In this document: in pieces, positions 9,000-18,288 of the stretch
Layout of the letters: the number at the start of each line of letters is the position of its first letter
Numbering within the stretch: position 1 is the stretch's first letter
Source: Marinicella sp.
GTDB taxonomy: Bacteria; Pseudomonadota; Gammaproteobacteria; Xanthomonadales; Marinicellaceae
Length of the DNA: 64,000 nt
Assembly: GCA_965230295.1 (NCBI GenBank)
Contig: OZ246001.1
Location: 3,232,001-3,296,000 of the forward strand
Direction: 5' to 3'
The notes under the pieces: model-generated
Told to the model about the DNA's origin: nothing
The model's database searches: none
Seen by the model: only the letters and a program-made list of their open reading frames with translations
Made by a program: the position numbers and the translations under genes

Positions 9000-11900
9000 T
9001 TGAAACACAAGAGTAAACTAAGATCCAGCTTGTTGGTTTTGACTTGCTTGTTGGTTTGTCAGGCTGCCATGGCCACAACCACACGAGTGGGTGCAGAGTT
9101 TGTTGGTGAAACGGTTACCCCGGTGACTGTTACGGTTAATTTAGCCAACGGCACCAAGCCGAACCAATGGAAACCAGGTGACCCGGTCAAAGAGATCCCG
9201 ATGCGCTTTCGTCGCCCCAAAGGCTGGGAGCGTCCTGAGGCCTTGCCACGTGGCTATGGTATAGATCCCCTGGCCTTGAAACAGTGGGATGCCACACCCA
9301 GCAATGGTTTTGGTGGTGGTGCGCAGTTTGACACCCCGCTGGTCAATGTTGATGGCTTGGACTTCACAGGAGTCAATCCATCTGACACCAATGGTGATGT
9401 GGGTATTGACCACTACGTCCAATCAATCAACAACAGTGCCAGTTCAGGGATCTTGATTTTGAACAAAGCCGATGGCACCACTGCAGCGCAGTTTGTCCTT
9501 GATGACATTGCGGCAGGTTCAGGTACCGGTTGTGGGGGCGGCAGAGGCGACCCTGTGATCATGTATGACCAATACGTGGACAACGGTCCAGGTAACCCGA
9601 AAGGCCGTTGGGTGTTGACGGAGTTTACCAGCACTTCATTGTGTATTTACATATCGGTCACCGAAAGCCCGATTGGCCCCACCAATGACAGCACCTGGCA
9701 CATTTATGAGTTCAATTCAGCCTCAGGTGGCTTGCCTGATTATCCCAAGTTTGGTGTTTGGCGTGATGCTTATTACATGGGTGCCAATGAGAGCAACCGT
9801 CAGTATGCCTTTGACCGTGACAACATGATCAATGGTGATCCTGCACGTGGATACCAAGTGTTCAGCACGGTTGGTTTGCCCGGTTTTGGGTTCCAACACT
9901 TGATGCCGGCTGATGCCGATGGAGAGACATTACCGCCGGCTGGTGCGCCGGGTATTTTCATGCGACACCGCGATGCACAGTACCACGGTGATCCAGGCAG
10001 TGATGTGTTGGAGATTTGGGAGTTTACCACCGATTTTGACAACCCTGGCAACAGTGCGATCACCGGTCCGATCAACATCGATGTTTCAGATTTTGATACC
10101 AATTTGGGTGGCACCAACTTTGGTGATTTATCGGTACCACAGCCCGATGGTGCGACCAACCTGTTTCCCTTGAAGCAGCCATTGATGTGGCGTGTTCAGC
10201 ACAGGACATTGGATGACAAGCAATATTTGATTGGAAACATGACCACGGATGTGAATGGTAATGATTACCATGGTGTACGTTGGTGGATTTTAGAGCGTCC
10301 GGCGGCGAGTACGGCCGGCGGTTGGATCTTGTCTGATGAGGGCACTTACACATCAGGTGATGGCATCACCACGGGAGATGGTGTACACCGTTGGATGGCG
10401 TCAGCGGCGATGGATGGTTCAGGCAACGTGGCCATTGGTTACAACACTTCATCGGTGGCAGGTAACAACAACTCGGCAGCTGATGTTTATGCGGGTATGC
10501 GTTATGCGGGTCGATTGGCCTCGGATCCTGCTGGGACGATGCCACGTGGTGAGAACTCGATCATTGAGGGTACGGCATCGAACTCCTCGGGTCGTTATGG
10601 TGATTACACCTCATTGAGTGTTGATCCTGTTGATGAGTGTACCTTCTGGTATACGGCCCAGTACAACACGTCGGGAAATTGGTCGACCCGAGTGGCTTCA
10701 TTCAGGTTTGAGCAATGTGGTTGTTTGTTAAGTATTGATCCTGTTACATTGACATCGGTCAATGCCGACAGTGACAACAACATCAATGTGGCTTGGGATG
10801 ATGCCCCTAATGCAGAAATCACCGAGTATCGGATTTACCGATCAACCACACCAGGTGCTGGTTATGTGTTGATTGACACTGTGGTAGACACCTCACCGGG
10901 TGTAGCCAATTCAGGCTTGTATGATTATGATGACAACAGCGTATCAGCTGGAACCACTTATTACTATGTGGTTCGTTCATCAGATGGTGCCGCCTGTTCC
11001 AGTGCCAACTCTGTTGAATTGTCAGCCACTGCGACAGGTTTGTGTACTTTGGCCCCGGATTTCAATGGTGTGGTCAGTGCGTCCAATAATGCCGCAGCAA
11101 CTTGTGGTATTACAGTCGACTGGACTGCGGGCAGCAGTTTATGCCCAGCCGGTTCAGGTGATCTGACTTATTCGGTTTATCGCTCTACAGATCCTGGTTT
11201 TGTCCCTTCATTGGCCAACCAAATTGCCACTGGCTTGGATGTATTGATCTATGATGATCAAGATCCGGGTTTGGTTTCAGACACTGATTATTACTATGTA
11301 GTGAGGGCCACTGATACTGATAACAGCTTGGAAGAAAGCAATGATGAGGTTGTATCAGCCTTCCCAACAGGAAGTATCACTCCGCAAGTGTTCTTGGAAG
11401 ACTTGAATGCTTACGCCGATATCACTGATGCTCAGGCTGCTGGCTGGTCTACTGTTGCTGATCAGGGTGTCAATGATTGGCGCATCGAGATTGGTGATGA
11501 CAATCCCAATGGCCCATCCAACGGCAGTGGCAGTGCATTCGTGTCTACTGATGTGGCAACGGCCGCTGATAAATCATTGATCACTAAATCTTTTTCACCA
11601 TCAGTCACTTCTGTGTTGAGTTTTTATCACAAACACGATTTTGAATTTGATCCAACTCCTTGGGATGGTGGTGTACTTGAGATCACTTTCGATGGAGGCA
11701 ACAACTGGCAAGATTTGGGTGGACAAATTACCCAAGGCGGTTACAACGTAACCTTAAATGGTAGTGGTGGTGCCAACCCATTAGGAGCGGTTCCTGCATG
11801 GGGTGGTTTACAAGCAACATATACACAAGTCTTGGTTGACCTGGGCCCCTATGCCGGGCAGTTGGTTCAAGTCAGGTGGCGCATGGGTACAGATGCCTTT

Positions 11901-12011
11901 GTAGGTGCGGGAGACTGGGAAATCGATGACATTGAAATCACAGATTCTGGTTCTTTTGGTGTGTGTAATTTGCCACCGAGCGATCTTATTTTTGAAAACG
12001 GATTTGATTAA
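9000..12011 (+). CDS. Large secreted protein: uncharacterised N-terminal beta-rich domain, two Fn3 repeats, C-terminal InhA/cleaved-adhesin-like jelly-roll, DLIFENGFD terminus
   Basis: TTG start at 9000 with GAGGAG upstream; signal peptide ending CQAAMA; Fn3 motifs YRIYRS...TYYYVVRS; DGGVLEITFDGG...VRWRMGTD..GDWEIDDIEI. Confidence 0.8.
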   Translation: MKHKSKLRSSLLVLTCLLVCQAAMATTTRVGAEFVGETVTPVTVTVNLANGTKPNQWKPGDPVKEIPMRFRRPKGWERPEALPRGYGIDPLALKQWDATPSNGFGGGAQFDTPLVNVDGLDFTGVNPSDTNGDVGIDHYVQSINNSASSGILILNKADGTTAAQFVLDDIAAGSGTGCGGGRGDPVIMYDQYVDNGPGNPKGRWVLTEFTSTSLCIYISVTESPIGPTNDSTWHIYEFNSASGGLPDYPKFGVWRDAYYMGANESNRQYAFDRDNMINGDPARGYQVFSTVGLPGFGFQHLMPADADGETLPPAGAPGIFMRHRDAQYHGDPGSDVLEIWEFTTDFDNPGNSAITGPINIDVSDFDTNLGGTNFGDLSVPQPDGATNLFPLKQPLMWRVQHRTLDDKQYLIGNMTTDVNGNDYHGVRWWILERPAASTAGGWILSDEGTYTSGDGITTGDGVHRWMASAAMDGSGNVAIGYNTSSVAGNNNSAADVYAGMRYAGRLASDPAGTMPRGENSIIEGTASNSSGRYGDYTSLSVDPVDECTFWYTAQYNTSGNWSTRVASFRFEQCGCLLSIDPVTLTSVNADSDNNINVAWDDAPNAEITEYRIYRSTTPGAGYVLIDTVVDTSPGVANSGLYDYDDNSVSAGTTYYYVVRSSDGAACSSANSVELSATATGLCTLAPDFNGVVSASNNAAATCGITVDWTAGSSLCPAGSGDLTYSVYRSTDPGFVPSLANQIATGLDVLIYDDQDPGLVSDTDYYYVVRATDTDNSLEESNDEVVSAFPTGSITPQVFLEDLNAYADITDAQAAGWSTVADQGVNDWRIEIGDDNPNGPSNGSGSAFVSTDVATAADKSLITKSFSPSVTSVLSFYHKHDFEFDPTPWDGGVLEITFDGGNNWQDLGGQITQGGYNVTLNGSGGANPLGAVPAWGGLQATYTQVLVDLGPYAGQLVQVRWRMGTDAFVGAGDWEIDDIEITDSGSFGVCNLPPSDLIFENGFD

Positions 12012-12034
12012 ATAAACCCACACCAGTCATTAAG

Positions 12035-12071
12035 AAAGGCCAGCGTGATTTGTCATGTTGGTCTTTTTTTT
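12035..12071 (+). terminator. Rho-independent terminator
   Basis: aaggccagcgtga / tcatgttggtctt stem (with G-U pairs) followed by a T run. Confidence 0.75.
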
Positions 12072-12124
12072 CCCAAAAAAGTATCAAAAAAGGGCGCCAT
12101 GGGGGTTTCAGTCAATTATTTGGG

Positions 12125-12152
12125 TGACAGTGAATATCAATAACTTTCGTAT
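12125..12152 (+). promoter_or_regulatory. Candidate ECF sigma promoter (TGACAGT-N16-CGTAT) for the kinase-ECF operon
   Basis: Same motif and same spacing recur at 15458-15485. Confidence 0.65.
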
Positions 12153-12197
12153 AAACTATATAAGCAATCTAATGGAAAGTTAACCCGGTAATAAGAA

Positions 12198-14849
12198 ATG
12201 AATTCAGAACATTGGAAAAAGGCAATGAGTCATTATGATCAACTGATCAAAATGACTGAGACTGAAAGAGCAAAAGAACTGAGCGCCATTCAGGCAAGTG
12301 ACCCTCCATTGGCAGATGTCTTGATTAAAATGTTTGAGTCTGAAAAAAAACCTCAATTCTTACAGCATGCACCTGAGATTTCGATTGAAGAAATATGGAC
12401 GCAAAATATAAAACCAAACTTTGGTCGTTATAACATCATTGAAAAAGTGGCATTGGGTGGCATGGGAAGAATTTATAAGGCCCAATTAGAGGAAAGTGAT
12501 GTCATTATTCACGTGGCCTTAAAAATGATTCGCAGTGAGCTGTTAAGCGATTCAATGTTCAATCGGTTTCAAGCTGAAAAGAATATATTGTCCGGATTGG
12601 ATCATCCGAATATAGCTGCATTGGTTGATGCCGGTGTGGTAGGTGACATACCGTACTTGGCAACAGCATGGTTTGATGGTCAGCCTTTGAACCGTTATAT
12701 CAAGGATCGGGGCCTTGCGATCAATGAAAAACTGAAGTTATTTTTTCAAGTGTGTGAAGCAGTGATTTATGCCCATGGTCGCTTGGTTATTCATCGGGAC
12801 TTGAAACCAGGAAATATACTTGTTAATGAAGAAGGTACAGTAAAACTTTTGGATTTTGGCATTGCCAAGATGTTGAATGAAAGTCAACATGATGCCACCC
12901 ACACCCATGTTTTCACTCCGGACTATGCAGCACCAGAGCAAATCAACGGCCAGCCGTGTACCACTGCCACTGATGTTTACGCTTTAGGTGTGTTGTTGAA
13001 AGAACTGCTGACCGAAAGCAATCGATTTGAATTCGAAGACATTTCAATTGCATCAAAAATCGAACAAATTTTATCCAATGAAGTGATATTGGCCAGCCAG
13101 TTGGCCAAATCCAATGGCAATCTGGTGATGGCTCAGAAATTGACAGGCCCATTGGATAAGATCATTGCTAAGGCCATGCATGTTGACATAGATCGTCGCT
13201 ACCAATCGGTTGCTGAAATGATGGATGATTTGATCAGGTATAAAAAACATTTACCCATCAAGGCCATGGGCGATGGTTGGTTTTATCGGACTCGCATGTT
13301 TTGGAAGCGGAATGCATGGTCTGGCGCATTTTCGATGCTTTTCGTCATGTCTCTGTTGGTCGGAATGACGGTGAGCTTGAAGCAAAGAAATGAAGCGGTC
13401 ATGGCACAACAAGCAACCTTGATTGAAGCGGAGAAAAACCAACAAATCGTCAACTTTTTCAGAACGATGTTCAATCAAGCGGCTCCATTAGAGGGTGGTC
13501 TTGCTAACATCAGTGTGCAAGAAATGCTCCAAAAAGGTTATGAGGACTTTGACTTTAACCTCATTGATAATCCGGAAACCAAAGCCTATGTTGCTTCACA
13601 AATGGGCTTGCTGTTTGCTGAATTCAGCGATTTTGAAAAACAGCATCATTTGTATGATCTGGCAGCTACAGCTGTGGCCGCTGATTTAGATAATTATGGC
13701 AGTATTTATCTACACCATGCAAATTTTGCAGCCAGTGCTTTGAATGACATGGAACAGCCGCAAGCTGCGATTGAATATATTGAAAAAGCATTGGAATTAT
13801 TAGCCGATATTGAAATAGACTCCAGTAAACGAGCCGAATCAAAACTACATATCGGGAGTTTTTACATGGCATTGGGTCAAGAAGAATCGGCCTTGCAAGA
13901 ATTCATGTCTGTGGAATCGTTTTCTAAGCAACATGATCTGGATGAACAATTGGCCAAAAGTTTTTACTATCAGCACATCTTACAACAGGATAAATTAAGT
14001 CCCGCTGAATCCCTGGAGTTGCTGGAGCAAGCCAGGGCACTGATGATCCAACAACCCAAAGAAAACATAAATATGTTGTTTAGCATCAACAACTCTTTGG
14101 CGTTGCGTTATAAAGATCAGGGCAAATTTCGTTCATGCATCGACTTGTTGAGTGAAGTGGACCATGAATACCGCAATATATATGGCGTTTCGAGTGAAGA
14201 TCATTTGATCAATTTAGCTGATGCACATTTTTATGTAGGTGATTTTGAGCAAGTGGTTGATTTAACAACAAGAGCCATTGCTATCATGCAAGACAAACAA
14301 ATCAATACAGGGTTTGTCTATATGGCGGCCTTGATCATTCAAGCCAGGAGCTTAACGGAATTAAGACAATTCATTGCAGCGGAAGCCAATTATCAGGCTG
14401 CATTACAATTTTTTAATGAAAAATTTCCCAAAGACCACATAGCCGTGGTCACCCTGAATGGGTATTGGATTGATTTTATCGTGAAATCCAATCGAGGTGA
14501 CATGCCTGATCAGCAAGCCTTGAGTCAGATCAACACTTCGGCAGAACAACAACTCAATGCATCAGATCGATCAAAACACAGGTATGTGAATGCGAAGGTT
14601 ATTGCTGCAACGGCTCTTTGGCATTCAGGGCATTTAGCAGCAGCAGAGGAGATGCTGATGCAAGCTTTTGACCAGCATCCCATGCCTGAATCATCAGAAG
14701 ATTGGCGGGTGTCATTGATGATTGCTGGAATTGAACAACTTCGTAAGGACCTGGGAAAGCCTTATGATGATCAAATTAAAAAACTTCATGAACAACAATT
14801 ATTTGCCCAAATTGGTCAGGATCACTGGTATCATGACTTTTTCAAATGA
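12198..14849 (+). CDS. Membrane Hanks-type Ser/Thr kinase with C-terminal TPR region (ECF-associated, PknS-like)
   Basis: GGMGRIY, VALK, HRDLKPGNIL, DFGIAK, TPDYAAPEQ; TM around residues 375-393; helical TPR-like C-terminal half. Confidence 0.93.
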   Translation: MNSEHWKKAMSHYDQLIKMTETERAKELSAIQASDPPLADVLIKMFESEKKPQFLQHAPEISIEEIWTQNIKPNFGRYNIIEKVALGGMGRIYKAQLEESDVIIHVALKMIRSELLSDSMFNRFQAEKNILSGLDHPNIAALVDAGVVGDIPYLATAWFDGQPLNRYIKDRGLAINEKLKLFFQVCEAVIYAHGRLVIHRDLKPGNILVNEEGTVKLLDFGIAKMLNESQHDATHTHVFTPDYAAPEQINGQPCTTATDVYALGVLLKELLTESNRFEFEDISIASKIEQILSNEVILASQLAKSNGNLVMAQKLTGPLDKIIAKAMHVDIDRRYQSVAEMMDDLIRYKKHLPIKAMGDGWFYRTRMFWKRNAWSGAFSMLFVMSLLVGMTVSLKQRNEAVMAQQATLIEAEKNQQIVNFFRTMFNQAAPLEGGLANISVQEMLQKGYEDFDFNLIDNPETKAYVASQMGLLFAEFSDFEKQHHLYDLAATAVAADLDNYGSIYLHHANFAASALNDMEQPQAAIEYIEKALELLADIEIDSSKRAESKLHIGSFYMALGQEESALQEFMSVESFSKQHDLDEQLAKSFYYQHILQQDKLSPAESLELLEQARALMIQQPKENINMLFSINNSLALRYKDQGKFRSCIDLLSEVDHEYRNIYGVSSEDHLINLADAHFYVGDFEQVVDLTTRAIAIMQDKQINTGFVYMAALIIQARSLTELRQFIAAEANYQAALQFFNEKFPKDHIAVVTLNGYWIDFIVKSNRGDMPDQQALSQINTSAEQQLNASDRSKHRYVNAKVIAATALWHSGHLAAAEEMLMQAFDQHPMPESSEDWRVSLMIAGIEQLRKDLGKPYDDQIKKLHEQQLFAQIGQDHWYHDFFK

Positions 14850-14863
14850 CTCGATGTTAAATC

Positions 14864-15427
14864 TTGCTTGAAATCAATCAAATCACTCAGTTTTTAAACC
14901 AAAATGACCTTGATGATTCTGCATGGGAGCAAGTGTTGCCTATTGTTTACAAACAACTCAAACATTTGGCCAGAAAAATTAAGGCAGATCACAAAGCCAG
15001 TCCGACATTGAACACAACAGCCCTGGTGCATGATGTTTATTTGAAAATTAAAAAAAGTGGTTCACTGAATATTCAAGGGCGTAAACATTTTTATCGATTA
15101 GCGGCTAAGGCCATGCGCCAAATATTAATTGATGCCGCCAGAGCCAAGCAAACTGGCAAAAGAGCAGGGCATGTTGTTGAATGGGAAGATGATTTAGCCA
15201 TCAGTATCCATGATCATCCCAATTGCTCCAACGATGACTTACTGGTTATTGATCAAGCCCTGATTCAATTGAACTCAATTGACCCTAAAATGGTTGAGCT
15301 TATTGAGTTGCATTTTTTTGCCGGGTATGGATTTGCACAAGTGGCTGAGATCATGGAAACCTCGGAAAGCACCGTTTTTCGGATGTGGAAAAAAGCAAGG
15401 GCGCTTTTGTACGCACATATCTATTAA
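14864..15427 (+). CDS. ECF sigma factor, Ser/Thr-kinase-associated group (ECF43/EcfK-like)
   Basis: LPIVYKQLKHLAR..LNTTALVHDVYLKI...AAKAMRQILIDAAR; region 4 LHFFAGYGFAQVAE...TVFRMWKKARA; lies directly after a kinase. Confidence 0.9.
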   Translation: MLEINQITQFLNQNDLDDSAWEQVLPIVYKQLKHLARKIKADHKASPTLNTTALVHDVYLKIKKSGSLNIQGRKHFYRLAAKAMRQILIDAARAKQTGKRAGHVVEWEDDLAISIHDHPNCSNDDLLVIDQALIQLNSIDPKMVELIELHFFAGYGFAQVAEIMETSESTVFRMWKKARALLYAHIY

Positions 15428-15457
15428 ACAGACACCATCAATTTTTTTACATTTTCT

Positions 15458-15485
15458 TGACAGTTAAATGCAGCCTATCCCGTAT
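15458..15485 (+). promoter_or_regulatory. Candidate ECF sigma promoter (TGACAGT-N16-CGTAT) for the secreted-protein operon
   Basis: Same motif and spacing as 12125-12152; ends 34 bp before the ATG at 15519. Confidence 0.65.
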
Positions 15486-15518
15486 GGGGGAAGACTAAAT
15501 TTAACAAAGGAGAAAATC

Positions 15519-16277
15519 ATGAAAAAAATGATCACAGGTTTGTTGTTGCTTGCCTCATTGAATGTATGGGCCAAACCAGGACAATATCAAATCAATCAGG
15601 CTTGTCTATCTGTAGGTTGTTTCGCTGGTGACAACCCGGCAACCGACACCGTTGAAATCACCCAATCTGCAGGTACATTCATTTTAACCAGCAACCTCAC
15701 TGTTGATTCCAATGGAGCGCCTGCTATTTTGGTAGATAACAGTTTAGGTGCTTCTTCAGTGGTTATTGATTTGAATGGCTTTCGTATCCACCACAGTGGA
15801 ATTGCTGACACGAATACACATGGGATACAGGTTTTAGGCCAAAACAGCATGGTGACCATAAAAAATGGTCAAATTTCTGCCTTTCAAGATGGTGTTCAAG
15901 CACTTGAAGGGGCCGGGTTGTTGGTGCAAAACATGACATTTCGAATCAACAGAGATGATGGCATCTCATTAACCCGCGGTCGCATTGAAAACAGTGTGTT
16001 TCATGCCAATGAATATGGCGTATTTGCTGTTACAGGTCCTGGTGGAGCCGGTTTAGAAGAATTGAGCAAAAAGGTGATGCTTGTTGCTAATTTGTTCTCA
16101 GATGTCACAGTTGATCAAAGGAGTACTGCAGGTTTCTCCAGTGACGGTTATTGTAAAGACAATGTAGTCACTATTCAGGACCCCAATCAGTTTGGTCAAT
16201 GTACTTTGGTAGGAGAAAATCGCTGTGATGGTGCATTATGTAGCGTCAACAGAAGCCACTTTAAAACCGAGGAATGA
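15519..16277 (+). CDS. Secreted protein with probable right-handed parallel beta-helix
   Basis: AAGGAG RBS; signal peptide MKKMITGLLLLASLNVWA; ITQSAGTFILTSNL..VVIDLNGFRI..HGIQV..VTIKNGQISAFQDGV repeat pattern. Confidence 0.75.
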   Translation: MKKMITGLLLLASLNVWAKPGQYQINQACLSVGCFAGDNPATDTVEITQSAGTFILTSNLTVDSNGAPAILVDNSLGASSVVIDLNGFRIHHSGIADTNTHGIQVLGQNSMVTIKNGQISAFQDGVQALEGAGLLVQNMTFRINRDDGISLTRGRIENSVFHANEYGVFAVTGPGGAGLEELSKKVMLVANLFSDVTVDQRSTAGFSSDGYCKDNVVTIQDPNQFGQCTLVGENRCDGALCSVNRSHFKTEE

Positions 16278-17467
16278 CCATGAAGTATCTTATCTTTAGC
16301 TGGTTATTGCTGTGGTCAATAACAGCGCAGGCCACCCCTGAATTGATCTACATGGTTCCTAACGAAACGGTTGAAATATCTGGTGCAGTCGTTAAACCTA
16401 ATCAGGCATTAAAAATAGTCAACATCGACAATGTAACGGGTCGATCTGTCAGGAGTTTTGAGGAGTTTGATATGTTTCCATTGCCTGATGGTGTGAAAAT
16501 TATAGGTTTGAGCCGTGTCAAGGACCCAAGCCGTTGGAGCTTTGTACTGTCATCGGCATTGTCACATCCTGGTGGTTCACCTCCTGCTTCTCGAGCAGGA
16601 GATGTGTTGTTGTGTGCCAGTTTTGAGTTTTGCTTACCCATGTTCAGCGCCCAGGATAATTTGGGATTAAACGCCAACATACAAGTAGATGCCATTGAAT
16701 GGGAATTGGGTCTTGATGGAGAAAATGACTTGTTGGTCTCTTTCAACATGGACTTTGAATACGATGGTGTTGTGTATGACCACAACAACACATATCGGAT
16801 TGATTACCCTCAGAATGGTGATCCCATATCAGGGTTTGTAGATTCCTCTGGTTATGACTTCAACATACAAAATAACATGAACATGACAGCATACAGTTCG
16901 TATGATGCTGATGACCGTTTTTTGTTCTATGTTTCTGATACTGTTTTTTCCAGAGAAACAGGAGCAGTGATCTTTCCTTCAGAATTTTTTGAATTTTCAT
17001 CGTCCTCAGTCACCAATTCTTTTATCAACGAATTCAAGTTGGCAGCACGCGGGATTTCGGCGATGACCATGGCTGATACAGGCTGGGTTCAGTGGAATGA
17101 TTCAGGATCGGTTTATGAGGTCTATGAAAATGAAGGGTCTATAGCCATTCCCATCAGCCGGATAAACGGTGCGGAGTATAACACATCTTTTGTCATCACT
17201 GCCGTAGATGGCAGTGCTGTCAGTGGCATAGATTTTCAACTGAATGACACCTTGAAAAATTGGGCCAATGGAGAAAGTGGAGAAAAATTCGTTACCTTGG
17301 ACGTGTTAAATAACCAAGTTCAGGATGGTACTCGGGAGCTTGAACTGGTTGTCAGTGCCAATACAGGCTATGAATTTTCCCTGGTTGCTTTGAACCAAAC
17401 CAATCGAGTGACAGTGATGATCAGAGATGATGACAGTGACTTGATTTTTTACGATGGATTTCAGTGA
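16274..17467 (+). CDS. Secreted protein with C-terminal Calx-beta domain and DLIFYDGFQ terminus
   Basis: Signal peptide; VYENEGS..ISRING..DGSAVSGIDF..WANGESGEK...VMIRDDD (Calx-beta); ATGA overlap with the upstream gene. Confidence 0.8.
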   Translation: MTMKYLIFSWLLLWSITAQATPELIYMVPNETVEISGAVVKPNQALKIVNIDNVTGRSVRSFEEFDMFPLPDGVKIIGLSRVKDPSRWSFVLSSALSHPGGSPPASRAGDVLLCASFEFCLPMFSAQDNLGLNANIQVDAIEWELGLDGENDLLVSFNMDFEYDGVVYDHNNTYRIDYPQNGDPISGFVDSSGYDFNIQNNMNMTAYSSYDADDRFLFYVSDTVFSRETGAVIFPSEFFEFSSSSVTNSFINEFKLAARGISAMTMADTGWVQWNDSGSVYEVYENEGSIAIPISRINGAEYNTSFVITAVDGSAVSGIDFQLNDTLKNWANGESGEKFVTLDVLNNQVQDGTRELELVVSANTGYEFSLVALNQTNRVTVMIRDDDSDLIFYDGFQ

Positions 17468-17476
17468 TTTGAGGAG

Positions 17477-18166
17477 ATGAACATGAAAACTATAAGCTTA
17501 ATGCTGTTGTGCTTTATGGTTTTGACGGATATCAGCCGTGCTGAAATGCTGGCTGATTATAACTTCAATAACAACTTATCAGGTGGCATGATTGCTGCTC
17601 CTGACTTGAACTTGACATCAGGCAGTACAGCATTTGCCACAGAAAACCCATTTGGGTTCCAAAAGCAAGTCTTGTTGTTTGATGAGTCGCAAGGACTGGC
17701 TTTGGACCTAAGCCAATGGTCATTAGACGATGTGTTCAGTCTGGTGATGTATTTGCGAATTGAGGATGTGAACAGTTACCGGAAAATCATAGATTTCAAT
17801 GAAAGGGCAGGAGATTCCGGTTTGTATGTTAACAGTGGTGCCATCGAACTTGTGCAACCCAATGCTGCGGCAGCCCCCAGTGTGTCAAATAACCAATACT
17901 TTCAACTTGTGGTGACACGTGATGACAGTGACCAGTTGAAAATATATCAAGACGGGGTACTGTTATTAGACATCAATGAATTTCAGTTAACAACTGATCT
18001 TGCTAACACGCCAGTTTTGTATTTTGTGATTGATGATTTATCCACCAATACAGAAAACCCTTCAGGTGCTTTGGCAAGATTGACTGTTTACAATGAAACA
18101 CTGAATCAGTTTCAGGTTGACGGGTTGGGTATTGTGGATGTGATTTTTATTGACGATTTTCAATAA
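17477..18166 (+). CDS. Secreted LamG/concanavalin-A-like protein with DVIFIDDFQ terminus
   Basis: GAGGAG RBS; signal peptide; YNFNNNL, FSLVMY, YFQLVVTRD..LKIYQDG, LTVYNETL are LamG_3-like. Confidence 0.75.
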   Translation: MNMKTISLMLLCFMVLTDISRAEMLADYNFNNNLSGGMIAAPDLNLTSGSTAFATENPFGFQKQVLLFDESQGLALDLSQWSLDDVFSLVMYLRIEDVNSYRKIIDFNERAGDSGLYVNSGAIELVQPNAAAAPSVSNNQYFQLVVTRDDSDQLKIYQDGVLLLDINEFQLTTDLANTPVLYFVIDDLSTNTENPSGALARLTVYNETLNQFQVDGLGIVDVIFIDDFQ

Positions 18167-18288
18167 TGATATGAATCCTGCCATGTAAAATTTGTACATT
18201 CAATAACAGGTATATTACGTTTGATTTCATATGGTTGACAATGTCAACTGATCGCCATCATAATGAATGACTCTGATTGGGTTATTTC

